Of a stretch of 64,000 bases of DNA, positions 1-9,857 are shown piece after piece. Every line of letters starts with the position of its first letter. The stretch's first letter is position 1. Source of the DNA: Thermoproteota archaeon. GTDB taxonomy: Archaea > Korarchaeota > Korarchaeia > Korarchaeales > Korarchaeaceae. The position numbers were made by a program, and so were the translations under genes. The stretch spans positions 1 through 64,000 of the forward strand of contig JAOZFI010000036.1 in the NCBI GenBank assembly GCA_027491395.1, given 5' to 3'. The notes beneath the pieces were generated by a model. That model did not search any database, was not told the DNA's origin, and worked only from the letters and a program-made list of their open reading frames with translations.

Positions 1-259
1 AAGGACTCACACCCCAATTCATCGCGAGGAGGGTCGATGTATATGCCCCAACAGCGAAGAAGGCTGCATGCCCTAGAGAAAGTCTACCAGTATACCCTAC
101 CAGTATATCCAAGCTGGCAGCCGTCACTGCGTAAAGCATGACTAGTATGGTCACGTGAGTGACATAGTCCCCAGCTAGAGGGACGGGTATCAGCAGGATC
201 AGAGCGATCAGATAGTACTTGGAGATCTCCGTAACTACATCCTTAGTGATCCCCAGCAT
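1..259 (-). CDS. livM: Branched-chain amino acid ABC transporter permease, LivM type (5' part; truncated by window edge)
   Basis: Manual translation from the ATG at 259, which overlaps the livH stop: MLGITKD...LDILVGYTGRLSLGHAAFFAVGAY, a LivM signature. Confidence 0.85.
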   Translation of the reverse strand, partial: MLGITKDVVTEISKYYLIALILLIPVPLAGDYVTHVTILVMLYAVTAASLDILVGYTGRLSLGHAAFFAVGAYTSTLLAMNWGVSP

Positions 260-1176
260 CACTTCCTCCCTCCTCCTAGGATGCCTTCCGGCCTGACCCA
301 GAGCACTATGATCATTATCACGAAAGCCACGACCTGCTTATACTCAGTTCCTAGGAACAGCCCTCCCAAGCTCTCAGCTAGGCCGATGAGAAAGCCTGCC
401 AAGATGCTCCCAATTACGTTCCCCATGCCTCCCGTGATCACCACCACAAAGGCCTTGGCGACCACGTCCAGACCCATGGTCGGGTACACGTTGTAAATGG
501 GTCCAAGAATGCCACCCGCGAGCGCGGCCAGCCCCGTAGATAGAAACATAGTAATATCGTATATCTTGTATATGTTCACTCCCACAAGCATTGCAGCTGA
601 CGGGTTCTGGGCAGTTGCTCTTATTGCCCTACCCGTCTTAGTGAACTTGAGGAAAGCATATAGCCCAACAAGCGTTGCTATGGCCACCACAAATGCTATT
701 AGCCTAGCCAAACTGAATGACAATCCTCCGGGCAGCTTGACTATGTGCTTGGTCAGCGGGCTGGGTATGGAGATCGGTATGGGTCCCCACAAGACGAGTG
801 CTAGATCCACGAAGAGTATGCTGAGACCTATCGTGAGCATAATGAACTTCAGATCTTGGAAGTAGAAGGCGGCAGCACCCTTAACCTCCTTCAGCTCCTC
901 ATACAGAGACTTGAACAGTAGCCTATTTATGGCTATACCGACCGCTCCGACAGCGATAGCCGCTAGAGGAGCCAGTATGAACGGATCTCCTCCTATCAAT
1001 GTGACAAAGGTGTAGGTGAAGTAAGCTCCAAGCATGTAGAACTCTCCATGCGCGAAGTTGCTCAATCTCATGACCCCAAATATCATCGTGAGGCCGACGC
1101 CTATCACTCCATAGATACCACCTATCATTAGGCCGAAGAGTATCTGCTCTAGGAGCTCCATGGGTTGTATTACCAC
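259..1176 (-). CDS. livH: Branched-chain amino acid ABC transporter permease, LivH type (likely start 1161)
   Basis: GLTMIFGVMRLSNFAHGEF and GRAIRA motifs; hydrophobic. Confidence 0.9.
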   Translation of the reverse strand: MVIQPMELLEQILFGLMIGGIYGVIGVGLTMIFGVMRLSNFAHGEFYMLGAYFTYTFVTLIGGDPFILAPLAAIAVGAVGIAINRLLFKSLYEELKEVKGAAAFYFQDLKFIMLTIGLSILFVDLALVLWGPIPISIPSPLTKHIVKLPGGLSFSLARLIAFVVAIATLVGLYAFLKFTKTGRAIRATAQNPSAAMLVGVNIYKIYDITMFLSTGLAALAGGILGPIYNVYPTMGLDVVAKAFVVVITGGMGNVIGSILAGFLIGLAESLGGLFLGTEYKQVVAFVIMIIVLWVRPEGILGGGRK

Positions 1177-1219
1177 GATTCATCCCTTCCCAAAAGGAAA
1201 AAGTGGAAATGAGGGTTGA

Positions 1220-2425
1220 TCAGCCACCGTAAAGCTTCTCTGGAGGTATGTACTCTCCCTGCTTATCCGACGGTGGGTAGAGGATGACTCTCTTGAGTTC
1301 TCCCCCGACCTTCTGTACTTGGACAAGCAGTACCTTGGTCTGGGCTTGACCTTTCTCGTCGAAGTATATGGTTCCCTGAGCTCCCTCGAACTTGAGAGAT
1401 CTTATAGCATCAGCCACTTTATCGACATCCCATGTACCTGCCTTCTCAACGCCCAGCTTGAACGCCAAGAAGGCGTCCCAGACTCCAGCAGCGTACATCG
1501 CTGGGCTCCTTCCCCACCTCTCCCTGAATTTCTTGACGAACTCAGCTGCAGCGGGTCTCTTTGAGGTGGGCTCGAAGTAACTCACATGAACCAGCCCAAG
1601 AGCATCGTCATCCGCCAACTGTAGGAACTCGTCACTGGTCACTCCGCCTAGCATGACGAATTGCTTGTAGAGACCTATCTCGTGGGCCTGCCTGAGTATG
1701 TTGGCAGCATCCCTTATGTTAGCGACGACGAATATCACATCGGGATTGGCTGCCTTTATCTTGGATAGCTGCGATGTGAAGTCAGTCGATCCCTTGTCGA
1801 AGTACTCCTCCGCAACTATTTTGACTCCCTTCGACTTGGCCCGATCTCCCCATATCTTGAGCCCCTCTCTCCCATAATCATCATTCACACCCAGCATTGC
1901 AGCAGTCTTGGGTTTCAGGTGCTCCACCACCCAATCAGCGTTCTGCGTCGTCTGCATCCGCTGATTAGCGCAGGTTCTGAATGTGTACTTGTATCCCTGC
2001 TCCGTTATTTTAGTAGCAACTGAAACTGGTACAAACAGAAGCCTCTTCGCCTCCATGATCGAAGGCTGAACTGCTAAAGTGACCGTAGAACAGTACTCTC
2101 CGAATACAGCGTATACGTTCTCCTGAGTGAGCAACCTCTGGACTGCTGCGGTCGCCTTGGTGGGATTGCACTCGGTGTCCTCTATAACTAACTCAACCTT
2201 CTTACCCAGTATTCCTCCCTGCTTGTTTATCTCATCAACGGCCAAGATAGCTGCCTGCTTCATATCCAAACCATGCTCAGCCAATCCACCAGTCAAAGGA
2301 GCTATTAAACCGACTTTCACGGTTCCACCAGCGGCAGGTCCAGTCTGGGTTAGATAGAATGCGGCGGCCGCTATCACGATAAGGGCTACAACAACGATAA
2401 CTAACACATTCTTGCTAAGAGCCAT
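1220..2425 (-). CDS. livK: Branched-chain amino acid ABC substrate-binding protein (LivK/LivJ family)
   Basis: N-terminal TM anchor, VKVGLIAPLTG, EINKQGGILG, DFTSQLSKIK. Confidence 0.9.
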   Translation of the reverse strand: MALSKNVLVIVVVALIVIAAAAFYLTQTGPAAGGTVKVGLIAPLTGGLAEHGLDMKQAAILAVDEINKQGGILGKKVELVIEDTECNPTKATAAVQRLLTQENVYAVFGEYCSTVTLAVQPSIMEAKRLLFVPVSVATKITEQGYKYTFRTCANQRMQTTQNADWVVEHLKPKTAAMLGVNDDYGREGLKIWGDRAKSKGVKIVAEEYFDKGSTDFTSQLSKIKAANPDVIFVVANIRDAANILRQAHEIGLYKQFVMLGGVTSDEFLQLADDDALGLVHVSYFEPTSKRPAAAEFVKKFRERWGRSPAMYAAGVWDAFLAFKLGVEKAGTWDVDKVADAIRSLKFEGAQGTIYFDEKGQAQTKVLLVQVQKVGGELKRVILYPPSDKQGEYIPPEKLYGG

Positions 2426-2441
2426 ACGCTCCCCCGCTAAT

Positions 2442-2649
2442 CCAGAGAAGTTACTTTTAAAGATTGATAGTTTAAAGATGTCATCTCATATCTAAGAGCC
2501 CTCAGATCCCGGTGTTTCCGAAAAAGATGCTTATAATTGGAATATAACACTGTAATACTATACGCGCGCGGTCAATCCGGTAGGAGTTGACAGCGCATAT
2601 CGACGAATTACGTACTTGATTTGTGGGTGTCAATGAACCAGAGAAGTTA
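2442..2649. promoter_or_regulatory. Divergent liv/argF promoter region with 12-bp direct repeat CCAGAGAAGTTA (2442-2453, 2638-2649)
   Basis: Exact repeat read from the sequence; each copy is near an AT-rich TATA-like element of one divergent unit. Confidence 0.45.
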
Positions 2650-2714
2650 TCTTTCGTAGAAAAGTTCTTAGCTTAGCTAACTGATATAATGCATACCAAT
2701 CAGGAGGGATTCTT

Positions 2715-3656
2715 ATGGCATTGTTCGATCTGAGAGGTAGGGATTTCATCACCACAAGGGACTTCACGAGAGAAGAGCTGGAGTACCTTATCCAGATGTC
2801 TATGGATCTGAAGAAAATGTGGTACTCTGGGATAAGGGTTAAGCCCTTGGAGGGGAAAGCCGTTGCTCTTCTGTTTAAGAAGCCCTCTACCAGAACCAGA
2901 AACTCATTTCAGGCAGCTGTTTACCGGTTAGGTGGATTTTCCGTTTACATGAGGCCTGATGAGCTCCAGCTCAAGAGAGGTGAGCCCTTAAAAGATACGG
3001 CTAGAGTCCTCGACAGGTATTACGACGCCCTTGTCATAAGGACCTTCGGTCAGGACGAGATAGAGGAGTACGCTAAGTGGATGAGGAACCCCGTTGTTAA
3101 TGCGCTCTCTGATGAGGAACATCCCTGTCAGGCCATGGCCGACCTCATGACCATAAAGGAGAAGTTCGGTTACTGGGAGGGACTCAAGCTCGTTTACACC
3201 GGTGACGTATGGAATGTGGCGCACTCGCTGATCGCCACCGCGCCAGTGTTTGGGATGGATCTGACCCTCGCGGTCCCCCCCGGGTACGAGCCACTGGAGG
3301 AGATATGGAAGTTCGCGGAGCAGGAGGCTGCGAGGAGGGGGACCAAGCTCGAGATAGTCCATGATCTAAAAGAGGCAGTTAAAGGAGCCGATGTGGTCTA
3401 CGCCAATACTTGGTGGAGCATGGGTAAGCCAGAGGAGACTAAGGAGAAGAGGAAGAAGGACTTCGCTCCCTTCACAGTCACGCCTGAGATTATGAGCTTA
3501 GCGAAGGAGCATGCAATATTCATGCACTGTCTGCCCGCGTACAGGGGCAACGAGATGACCGACGAAGTGATAGAGGGCAAGTGGTCTGTGGTATTCGATC
3601 AGGCCGAGAACAGACTTTGGACCGAGGCCGCGATTCTCGCGGCCATCATAAGGTGA
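2715..3656 (+). CDS. argF: Ornithine carbamoyltransferase-family enzyme, probably catabolic
   Basis: STRT, HPCQ, SMG and HCLP motifs; followed by carbamate kinase. Confidence 0.85.
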   Translation: MALFDLRGRDFITTRDFTREELEYLIQMSMDLKKMWYSGIRVKPLEGKAVALLFKKPSTRTRNSFQAAVYRLGGFSVYMRPDELQLKRGEPLKDTARVLDRYYDALVIRTFGQDEIEEYAKWMRNPVVNALSDEEHPCQAMADLMTIKEKFGYWEGLKLVYTGDVWNVAHSLIATAPVFGMDLTLAVPPGYEPLEEIWKFAEQEAARRGTKLEIVHDLKEAVKGADVVYANTWWSMGKPEETKEKRKKDFAPFTVTPEIMSLAKEHAIFMHCLPAYRGNEMTDEVIEGKWSVVFDQAENRLWTEAAILAAIIR

Positions 3657-3681
3657 TACCCCCACTCCCAATTTTTCGAGA

Positions 3682-4626
3682 GTGATGCTTATGGCTAGGT
3701 TGATCACGATAGCCCTTGGAGGCAACGCTCTCCTTCAATACGGGCAGAAGGGAACCTTCGAGGAGCAGCTGGCTAATGCTAGAAGGACGAGTAGGCAACT
3801 GGTGGAGCTCCTCAGGAGGGGATACAGGCTGGTCATCACCCACGGTAATGGGCCCCAAGTAGGCGCCATACTCCTCCAGCAGGAGGCGGCCACTGATCAG
3901 GTTCCTCCCATGCCCCTCCACGCCTGCGGAGCTATGAGTCAAGGGCTTATAGGATACATGATCCAGCAGTCCATGATCAATGAGCTTAAGAGAGCTGAAA
4001 TGGATGTGCCTGTCGCCACAGTGGTCACTCAGGTACTCGTGGATAGGGAAGACCCAGCGTTCCAGAACCCGACCAAGTTCATCGGACCGTGGTACCCTGA
4101 AGAGGAGGCGAAGCGGAAGGAAGAGCAGGGATGGGTTATGAAGTACGATGTGGGGAAGGGTTGGCGGAGAGTGGTACCCTCTCCGGATCCCATAGGACAG
4201 GTGGAGATAGAAGCGATCAGGAGGATGGTGGAAGCGGGAATAGTGGTGATTGCATCCGGAGGGGGAGGAATTCCCGTCATTGACGATGGGGAGTATGAGG
4301 GAGTGGACGCTGTAATAGATAAGGATCTAGCTGGCGAGAGACTGGCCACGTCGCTGGACTCCGACCTCTACATGATACTCACTGACGTGGAGAAGGTCGC
4401 AATAAACTTCAAGAAGCCCAACCAGAGGTTCTTAGATGTCTTGACGCTAGAAGAGGCTAGGGAGTACTACGAGGAGGGACACTTCCCACCGGGGAACATG
4501 GGTCCCAAGGTAAAAGCTGCCATGAGGTTCGTGGAGAGGACGGGCAGGGAAGCCATAATAACGAGCTTGGACAAGATTATCGAGGCGTTAGAGGGCAAGA
4601 CAGGTACCAGAATAGTCCCAAAATAA
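3682..4626 (+). CDS. arcC: Carbamate kinase
   Basis: ALGGNAL, THGNGPQVG, GGGGIPV, AVIDKD, MGPK. Confidence 0.95.
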   Translation: MMLMARLITIALGGNALLQYGQKGTFEEQLANARRTSRQLVELLRRGYRLVITHGNGPQVGAILLQQEAATDQVPPMPLHACGAMSQGLIGYMIQQSMINELKRAEMDVPVATVVTQVLVDREDPAFQNPTKFIGPWYPEEEAKRKEEQGWVMKYDVGKGWRRVVPSPDPIGQVEIEAIRRMVEAGIVVIASGGGGIPVIDDGEYEGVDAVIDKDLAGERLATSLDSDLYMILTDVEKVAINFKKPNQRFLDVLTLEEAREYYEEGHFPPGNMGPKVKAAMRFVERTGREAIITSLDKIIEALEGKTGTRIVPK

Positions 4627-4636
4627 ATTGAGGGGT

Positions 4637-5920
4637 TTAAAGCCCCAGAACATCCTCATATCCCTTCAGGTCCAGCAACCCATGTCCGGAAAAGTTGAAG
4701 AGTATCACCTTCTCCCTACCCTCCTCTTTAGCCTTCAGCGCCTCATCTATTGCCGCTTTCACCGCATGGGTGGTTTCCGGGGCTGGGATCAGACCTTCCG
4801 TCATGGCGAATATTCTCCCAGCCTCGAATACGTCCTCTTGTGGGTAAGCAATTGACTTAATTACTCCCTTGGACTTCAGAAGGCTCACCGTCGGAGCGGC
4901 CCCGTGATACCTCAGACCACCAGCGTGTATAGGTGGTGGCACGAAGTCATGCCCGAGCGTGAACATCTTTATGAGAGGAGTCACCCCAGCGCTGTCTCCG
5001 AAGTCGTACCTGTACTCTCCTTCCGTAAGTGAGGGAGAAGCCCTCGGCTCCACTGCTATGACCTTGTACTCCTCTCTTCCACTCAGCATCTCCTCTATGA
5101 AGGGAAAAGTGAGCCCAGCGAAGTTGCTTCCACCTCCAACGCATCCTATGAGCACATCCGGCTTCTCACCCACGATCTCCATCTGCTTCTTGGCCTCTAA
5201 TCCTATTACGGTCTGATGCAGTAGCACATGATTTAGAACGCTTCCCAGCGAGTACTTCGCTTTCTCATCCTTCATCGCCGTCTCTATAGCCTCGCTTATG
5301 GCTATGCCTAGGGAGCCGGGGTGATTCGGATCCTGTTCAAGGTACTTCCTGCCTATCTCAGTCCTGTCGCTCGGTGACGGAACGATATCTGCGCCGTAGA
5401 GCTTCATGACTAGTTTTCTATAGGGCTTCTGTTGGTACGAGATCCTGACCATGAAAACTAGGGCTCTCAGTCCCATCATCGAAGTCGCGTAGGACAGCGC
5501 ACTTCCCCACTGCCCAGCACCCGTTTCAGTCGTCAGGTATTCAAGTCCCTCCTTGGCAGCACAGAAGGCCTGCACTAATGCGGTGTTCAGCTTGTGGCTC
5601 CCCGTCGGAGTCACATCCTCCCTCTTGTAGTATATCTTGGCCGGAGTCCTCAGGTACTCTTCTAATCTCCTAGCCCTGTACAGGGGCGTGGGCCTACCGA
5701 TCCTCACGTAAAACTCCCTGAGCTCTTCAGGTATCTTGATGTACTTCTCCTTGGAGAACTCCTGATTCACGCACTCCTTCGGGAACAGGGGATAGAAATC
5801 CCCTGGTCCCAGTGGCTCCTTCGTCGCCGGATGTATGGGTGGCGGTAAATCAGGCAGATCCGAGACTATGTTGTACCAATAGGTAGGTATCTCCTCTTGA
5901 CCGAGATCCACCCTTATCAT
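4637..5920 (-). CDS. trpB2: Tryptophan synthase beta chain, TrpB2 type
   Basis: GSHKLNTA (PLP lysine), [29 protein letters not shown]; no trpA nearby. Confidence 0.93.
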   Translation of the reverse strand: MIRVDLGQEEIPTYWYNIVSDLPDLPPPIHPATKEPLGPGDFYPLFPKECVNQEFSKEKYIKIPEELREFYVRIGRPTPLYRARRLEEYLRTPAKIYYKREDVTPTGSHKLNTALVQAFCAAKEGLEYLTTETGAGQWGSALSYATSMMGLRALVFMVRISYQQKPYRKLVMKLYGADIVPSPSDRTEIGRKYLEQDPNHPGSLGIAISEAIETAMKDEKAKYSLGSVLNHVLLHQTVIGLEAKKQMEIVGEKPDVLIGCVGGGSNFAGLTFPFIEEMLSGREEYKVIAVEPRASPSLTEGEYRYDFGDSAGVTPLIKMFTLGHDFVPPPIHAGGLRYHGAAPTVSLLKSKGVIKSIAYPQEDVFEAGRIFAMTEGLIPAPETTHAVKAAIDEALKAKEEGREKVILFNFSGHGLLDLKGYEDVLGL

Positions 5921-6051
5921 CTGAGTACACCTCCATCCAAGGAGCTGGGCAGGTCGCTGGACGATCCGGACGTTGTATGGAACGCGGGAATGATGACGGT
6001 TGTCTTAGACAAGGAGAGAGGAGATCTCATCAGAGGTCTCTCAAGGCCAAA
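5917..6051 (-). other. Open +1 frame (44 sense codons, internal ATG at 6030) in the trpB2 leader; its TGA overlaps the trpB2 ATG (ATGA)
   Basis: Read manually: TTT GGC CTT GAG ... GTA CTC AGA TGA, with no stop between 6051 and 5920. Confidence 0.4.
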
Positions 6052-6064
6052 CTAGATCCCCCAT
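6041..6064 (-). promoter_or_regulatory. Candidate Trp leader peptide MGDLVWP*
   Basis: ATG GGG GAT CTA GTT TGG CCT TGA, with GGGGTG RBS 5 nt upstream and TTTTAA box at about 6109-6114. Confidence 0.55.
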
Positions 6065-6178
6065 ACTTGCACCCCCTAGAGCGGGTTGGGTCGGCTGACC
6101 TTCAACAGTTAAAAGCATTACTGTACAGGGAACTCCGCACAGAGCTTTCGGACCCCGATCTTCAAGGAGGCATTCGAA

Positions 6179-7474
6179 ATGGAGAAGCGGAACATCATAA
6201 TACTCTCACTGGTTGGATTCGTCATATCCCTGGGATTCGGTGCCATATCCCCGATCCTCCCTTACTACGTGGTCTACTTGGAGGGAGGGATAACTGAACT
6301 CCCCGAGGAGCTGGGCGTCATAGAGCATGCCTCCCAGTACGCCGTGGAGTACGGTTTAATGATGTCCGCATTTATGCTCACACGGGCCTTCTTCGCTAGG
6401 TACTTCGGCTCCCTCAGCGATAGGATTGGAAGGAAGAAATTGATAACGGCGGGCTCGATCATATACTCGCTTCTGGCCTATGCATACATACTGTCCTCGA
6501 GTGTTTATGACCTCTATGCTATTAGAGCCCTTCAGGGAATTGCTTCAGCCATGGTCTGGCCTGTCGCCGAGGCATTGCTGATGGACAGCGTTCCAAGCGA
6601 GATGAGGGGGAGATCCATGGCGATATACATGACCTTAACGAATCTGGCAATGATCGGGGGTCCGGCCATAGGCGTGGGTATCTACAAATTCGGTATCCAA
6701 ATTCTGGGGATAAGAGATGTTGAACAGGCGCTGAAGTTCCCCTTCATCGGTTTAGCGGTTATATCGGCGTTCTCCGTTCTCTTCTCCTTACTACTCAAGG
6801 AGAATAGGGCGGAGCTCGATAAGAAGGCAATAGATTCACTCAAATCAGATGTTAAACTCCCTAAATCTATCAGAAGAAGCATAAACGCGATTTACGTTAT
6901 GGCATTGGCTAACGGATTTGCAATGGGATTCATAGCTCCAATAATGAGCCTCTACATTATACAGTTCATTTCATCGGACCCGGCCGCAATAGCAGTGGTC
7001 ACCACAGTCTCCGGACTCTTTGGATTAGCAGCCGCTTACCCAGGAGGGAGATTGAGCGACAGATTTGGGAGGAAACCACTGATCTTAATAGCTGGAGTCT
7101 TCTCACGTCTCATGACCTTGCTGATACCCACTGCTAGAGATGTAGAGGGACTTACGGTCATATCCACCGTCAGATCCATCGCATTCAACATGTACATACC
7201 CTCGTTTAGAGCGCTCCAGGCTGATATAGCCCCGAAGAACATAAGGGGAAAGGTGTTCGGGACGGTACAAGCTATGTTCAACTTCGGGGCAGTTTTGGGT
7301 CCGGTAGTTGGTGGTCAGCTCTACAAAGAATTCGCTCCTCGAAATGTACAGGTGGGGAGCATCGTCCTACCTGGCGCCGCGTTATCCTTCATAGCCAGCG
7401 CTTCCATCGGATTGTTCACTCTGTTGCTGTTCGCCCTGTTCGTGGAAGAACCGGCTAATCCCCAAGGACAGTAA
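6179..7474 (+). CDS. MFS transporter (DHA1-like)
   Basis: GSLSDRIGRK and GRLSDRFGRK motif A twice; about 12 TM segments. Confidence 0.9.
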   Translation: MEKRNIIILSLVGFVISLGFGAISPILPYYVVYLEGGITELPEELGVIEHASQYAVEYGLMMSAFMLTRAFFARYFGSLSDRIGRKKLITAGSIIYSLLAYAYILSSSVYDLYAIRALQGIASAMVWPVAEALLMDSVPSEMRGRSMAIYMTLTNLAMIGGPAIGVGIYKFGIQILGIRDVEQALKFPFIGLAVISAFSVLFSLLLKENRAELDKKAIDSLKSDVKLPKSIRRSINAIYVMALANGFAMGFIAPIMSLYIIQFISSDPAAIAVVTTVSGLFGLAAAYPGGRLSDRFGRKPLILIAGVFSRLMTLLIPTARDVEGLTVISTVRSIAFNMYIPSFRALQADIAPKNIRGKVFGTVQAMFNFGAVLGPVVGGQLYKEFAPRNVQVGSIVLPGAALSFIASASIGLFTLLLFALFVEEPANPQGQ

Positions 7475-7877
7475 CTATTACCTTTCTAATGCGTGGATGG
7501 GTATCCACCTCAACCCATATGATGCTCTGCCAAGTTCCTAACGCTAAAGACCCGCCGATCACAGGAAACACCTTGCTGGGTTCCATTAGGATTGATCTGA
7601 TATGGGAATGCGCATTTACCGGGTGTTTGTATTCGGCGTGACGGGGAATGATCCTCTCAAGAACCTCCCTCAAATCCTCTAACAGGGACGGATCATTCTC
7701 GTTGATTATAATGGCCCCAGTAGCGTGGGGCGCGAAGACCACGGCTATTCCGTCTCTAATCCTGCTCTTCTCGACTATCTCCTGAATCTTATCGGTTATA
7801 TTGATGAAGCTGATCTCCCCCTCCGTCTTGAACGAGAAGGTGGATGTAATTACCTTCAAGGACCACTCACCTCGCAC
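7455..7877 (-). CDS. yjbQ: YjbQ/UPF0047 family protein (likely TTG start about 7859)
   Basis: HATGAIIINE, NAHSH, LGTWQ. Confidence 0.88.
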   Translation of the reverse strand: MRGEWSLKVITSTFSFKTEGEISFINITDKIQEIVEKSRIRDGIAVVFAPHATGAIIINENDPSLLEDLREVLERIIPRHAEYKHPVNAHSHIRSILMEPSKVFPVIGGSLALGTWQSIIWVEVDTHPRIRKVIVTVLGD

Positions 7878-7904
7878 CTAAAATGTGATAAAATGTAAAT
7901 CTTC

Positions 7905-8606
7905 ATGGGGGTTCCACAGCCTGTGAGACTGAGGGAAGAGGCTCTGAGGAGCATCCACCTCATGGTGAGCGGTAGATGGGACAGAATCCCAGAAAGCCTC
8001 CTCTTATACTTCGAAGAGGAGCTAGGAGGGGATGACCTGGGCCGGGATCTAGTTGGAGTGGCCTTCCTCCTCATAAAACTCGGGGTGAGCCCCGAGAAAG
8101 CGATAGCGCTCCTCGATTGGAAGGACTTCGAGGGATTATGCGAGAGAGGGCTCCAAGTATCCGGATTTTCCACTAAGAGGGGTCTTCGATTCACACTGCA
8201 GGGGAAAAGATACGAAATAGATGTGGTGGCTTCCGACGGTGAGGTGACACTGGCTCTCGATTGCAAGATGTGGTCGAAGGGGAGTTCTCCCAAGGTTTAC
8301 AAAATACTCGAGGCCGCTGAGCACCAATATATAAGGACAATAGCCCTGAAACAAGCTATTGAACGACGATTATTAGAGGATGTTCATCCAAAACCAGGAC
8401 ATGGTGTCCTAGTACCGTGTGTCGTCACTTGGCTGGATTTCGGCTCTAAACTATCCAAATCAGGCGTCCCAGTAGTCCCGATTTCCAAGTTCCCTTCCTT
8501 CGTGAACGACATCAGATCCATCTTGGCAGAGATAGCTTCTTTAGAGACCGATTTCAGGGTTAAGATTGGGAGAGAAGCTTCCTCACAGCATCGGTTACCT
8601 CTCTGA
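7905..8606 (+). CDS. PD-(D/E)xK restriction-endonuclease-like protein (Mrr-like)
   Basis: E-x12-EIDVVA...LDCK-x-W catalytic pattern. Confidence 0.65.
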   Translation: MGVPQPVRLREEALRSIHLMVSGRWDRIPESLLLYFEEELGGDDLGRDLVGVAFLLIKLGVSPEKAIALLDWKDFEGLCERGLQVSGFSTKRGLRFTLQGKRYEIDVVASDGEVTLALDCKMWSKGSSPKVYKILEAAEHQYIRTIALKQAIERRLLEDVHPKPGHGVLVPCVVTWLDFGSKLSKSGVPVVPISKFPSFVNDIRSILAEIASLETDFRVKIGREASSQHRLPL

Positions 8607-9846
8607 GGCTCACCGTCGTTCTGGTCTGCTCCGTGTAGAGCGTGACGGTTTCGGATTCCTCCTCCTTGGGACCCACGAACGCCATGATTTCAGCCCCCAA
8701 TTTACGAGCGTACTCCCTCTGACTCGACTGACTCCTCCTCATCAGATCGAGGGAAACGTAGAACCCTCCCCTCCTCAGCATCTCAGCGACCCTCCAAGCG
8801 TACTTCCAGCTATCCCTCTTGACACTGACCACGAACACCTGCACGTAACTCCTCTCATCCAAGTTGAAGATCCCGAGCTCCAGTCCCGCATCAATGAGCC
8901 GCTCAACTCCCACGCTCACCCCGGTGGCCGGGACATCCTTATTGGAGTACATTCCGATTAGCCTGTCATATCTTCCACCCCCGGCCAGTGAACCTATTCT
9001 GGGTTCCCTAACCACCGTCTCGAAAACGGGTCCGGTGTAGTACTCGAGACCCCTGACCAGCGACAGGTCGAAGACCAGTCTCTCATCACCTACTATCGAG
9101 AAGATCTCCTCCAAGTGTTTGAGTGCCTCGTAAACGGCCTCATTCCTCATTGAGCTCAAGTCCTCGACTATTTCCGAGAATCCTCCCCTCTTAGAAATGA
9201 GATCCATTATTCTATCGACCAGATCCTCATGCATCCCCTTAGATAGGAGATCCGCCCTCACCCCCTCTTCACCGATCTTGTCCAGCTTATCTATAGATCT
9301 GTAGACTGGGATGGGATTGGAAATACCAAGTTCCTCCTCAAAAATGCCCGTTAGGAGCCGTCTATCATTCAATTTCACCGTGAAATCCCTGAAACCAAAT
9401 TCTCTCATTACCTCAGTGTTCAGGCTTATCACCTCAGCGTCGGCCTCGGGATAGGGGCTGCCTACCACATCCGCATCACACTGCCAGAATTCCCTGTACC
9501 TACCCCTCTGAGGTTCCTCGTGCCTCCATACTCTCCCTATGTGATACCTCTTGAACGGCAACGGCGTTTCCGGATGCATGGCCATGTACCTAGCTAGGGG
9601 GAAGGTGAGCTCGTACCTCAGGGTGTACCACTCCTTGCTGAGGAAGTCCGGAAATATGAACATGAGTCGGCTCTCCGCCTCCTCTCCCAACTTGCCCTTG
9701 ACGGTCTCCCAGTACTCCAGTGCGGGAGTCTCGAATGGGTCGAAGCCGTAGCGCTTGAACACCTCTTCTATTCTCGACATGATCCGCTTCCTTAGTATCA
9801 TAAATGGAGGGGGGAAGTCCCTGAACCCCCTCGGTATCGAGACCAA
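8560..9846 (-). CDS. hisS: Histidyl-tRNA synthetase (TTG start at 9846; RBS overlaps upstream stop)
   Basis: PRGFRDF, LRYELT, GRYREFWQCD, RGLEYYTG, GGGRYD. Confidence 0.96.
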   Translation of the reverse strand: MVSIPRGFRDFPPPFMILRKRIMSRIEEVFKRYGFDPFETPALEYWETVKGKLGEEAESRLMFIFPDFLSKEWYTLRYELTFPLARYMAMHPETPLPFKRYHIGRVWRHEEPQRGRYREFWQCDADVVGSPYPEADAEVISLNTEVMREFGFRDFTVKLNDRRLLTGIFEEELGISNPIPVYRSIDKLDKIGEEGVRADLLSKGMHEDLVDRIMDLISKRGGFSEIVEDLSSMRNEAVYEALKHLEEIFSIVGDERLVFDLSLVRGLEYYTGPVFETVVREPRIGSLAGGGRYDRLIGMYSNKDVPATGVSVGVERLIDAGLELGIFNLDERSYVQVFVVSVKRDSWKYAWRVAEMLRRGGFYVSLDLMRRSQSSQREYARKLGAEIMAFVGPKEEESETVTLYTEQTRTTVSLREVTDAVRKLLSQS

Positions 9847-9857
9847 AATTTTCCACC

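Noticed and set aside
5985-6040. Possible C/D-box sRNA (ATGATGA / CTGATGA boxes)
   Set aside because: No suitably placed CTGA D/D' boxes; the two elements are simply complementary.
5977-6297. Plus-strand 106-aa ORF over the trpB2 leader
   Set aside because: No RBS or recognisable family; overlaps the MFS gene out of frame; it is the antisense mirror of the open +1 frame.
8044-8054. Third partial copy of the leader motif (GGGATCTAGTT)
   Set aside because: Inside the nuclease CDS (R-D-L-V), with no ATG, RBS or nearby stop. It shows that short matches to this motif can arise by chance.
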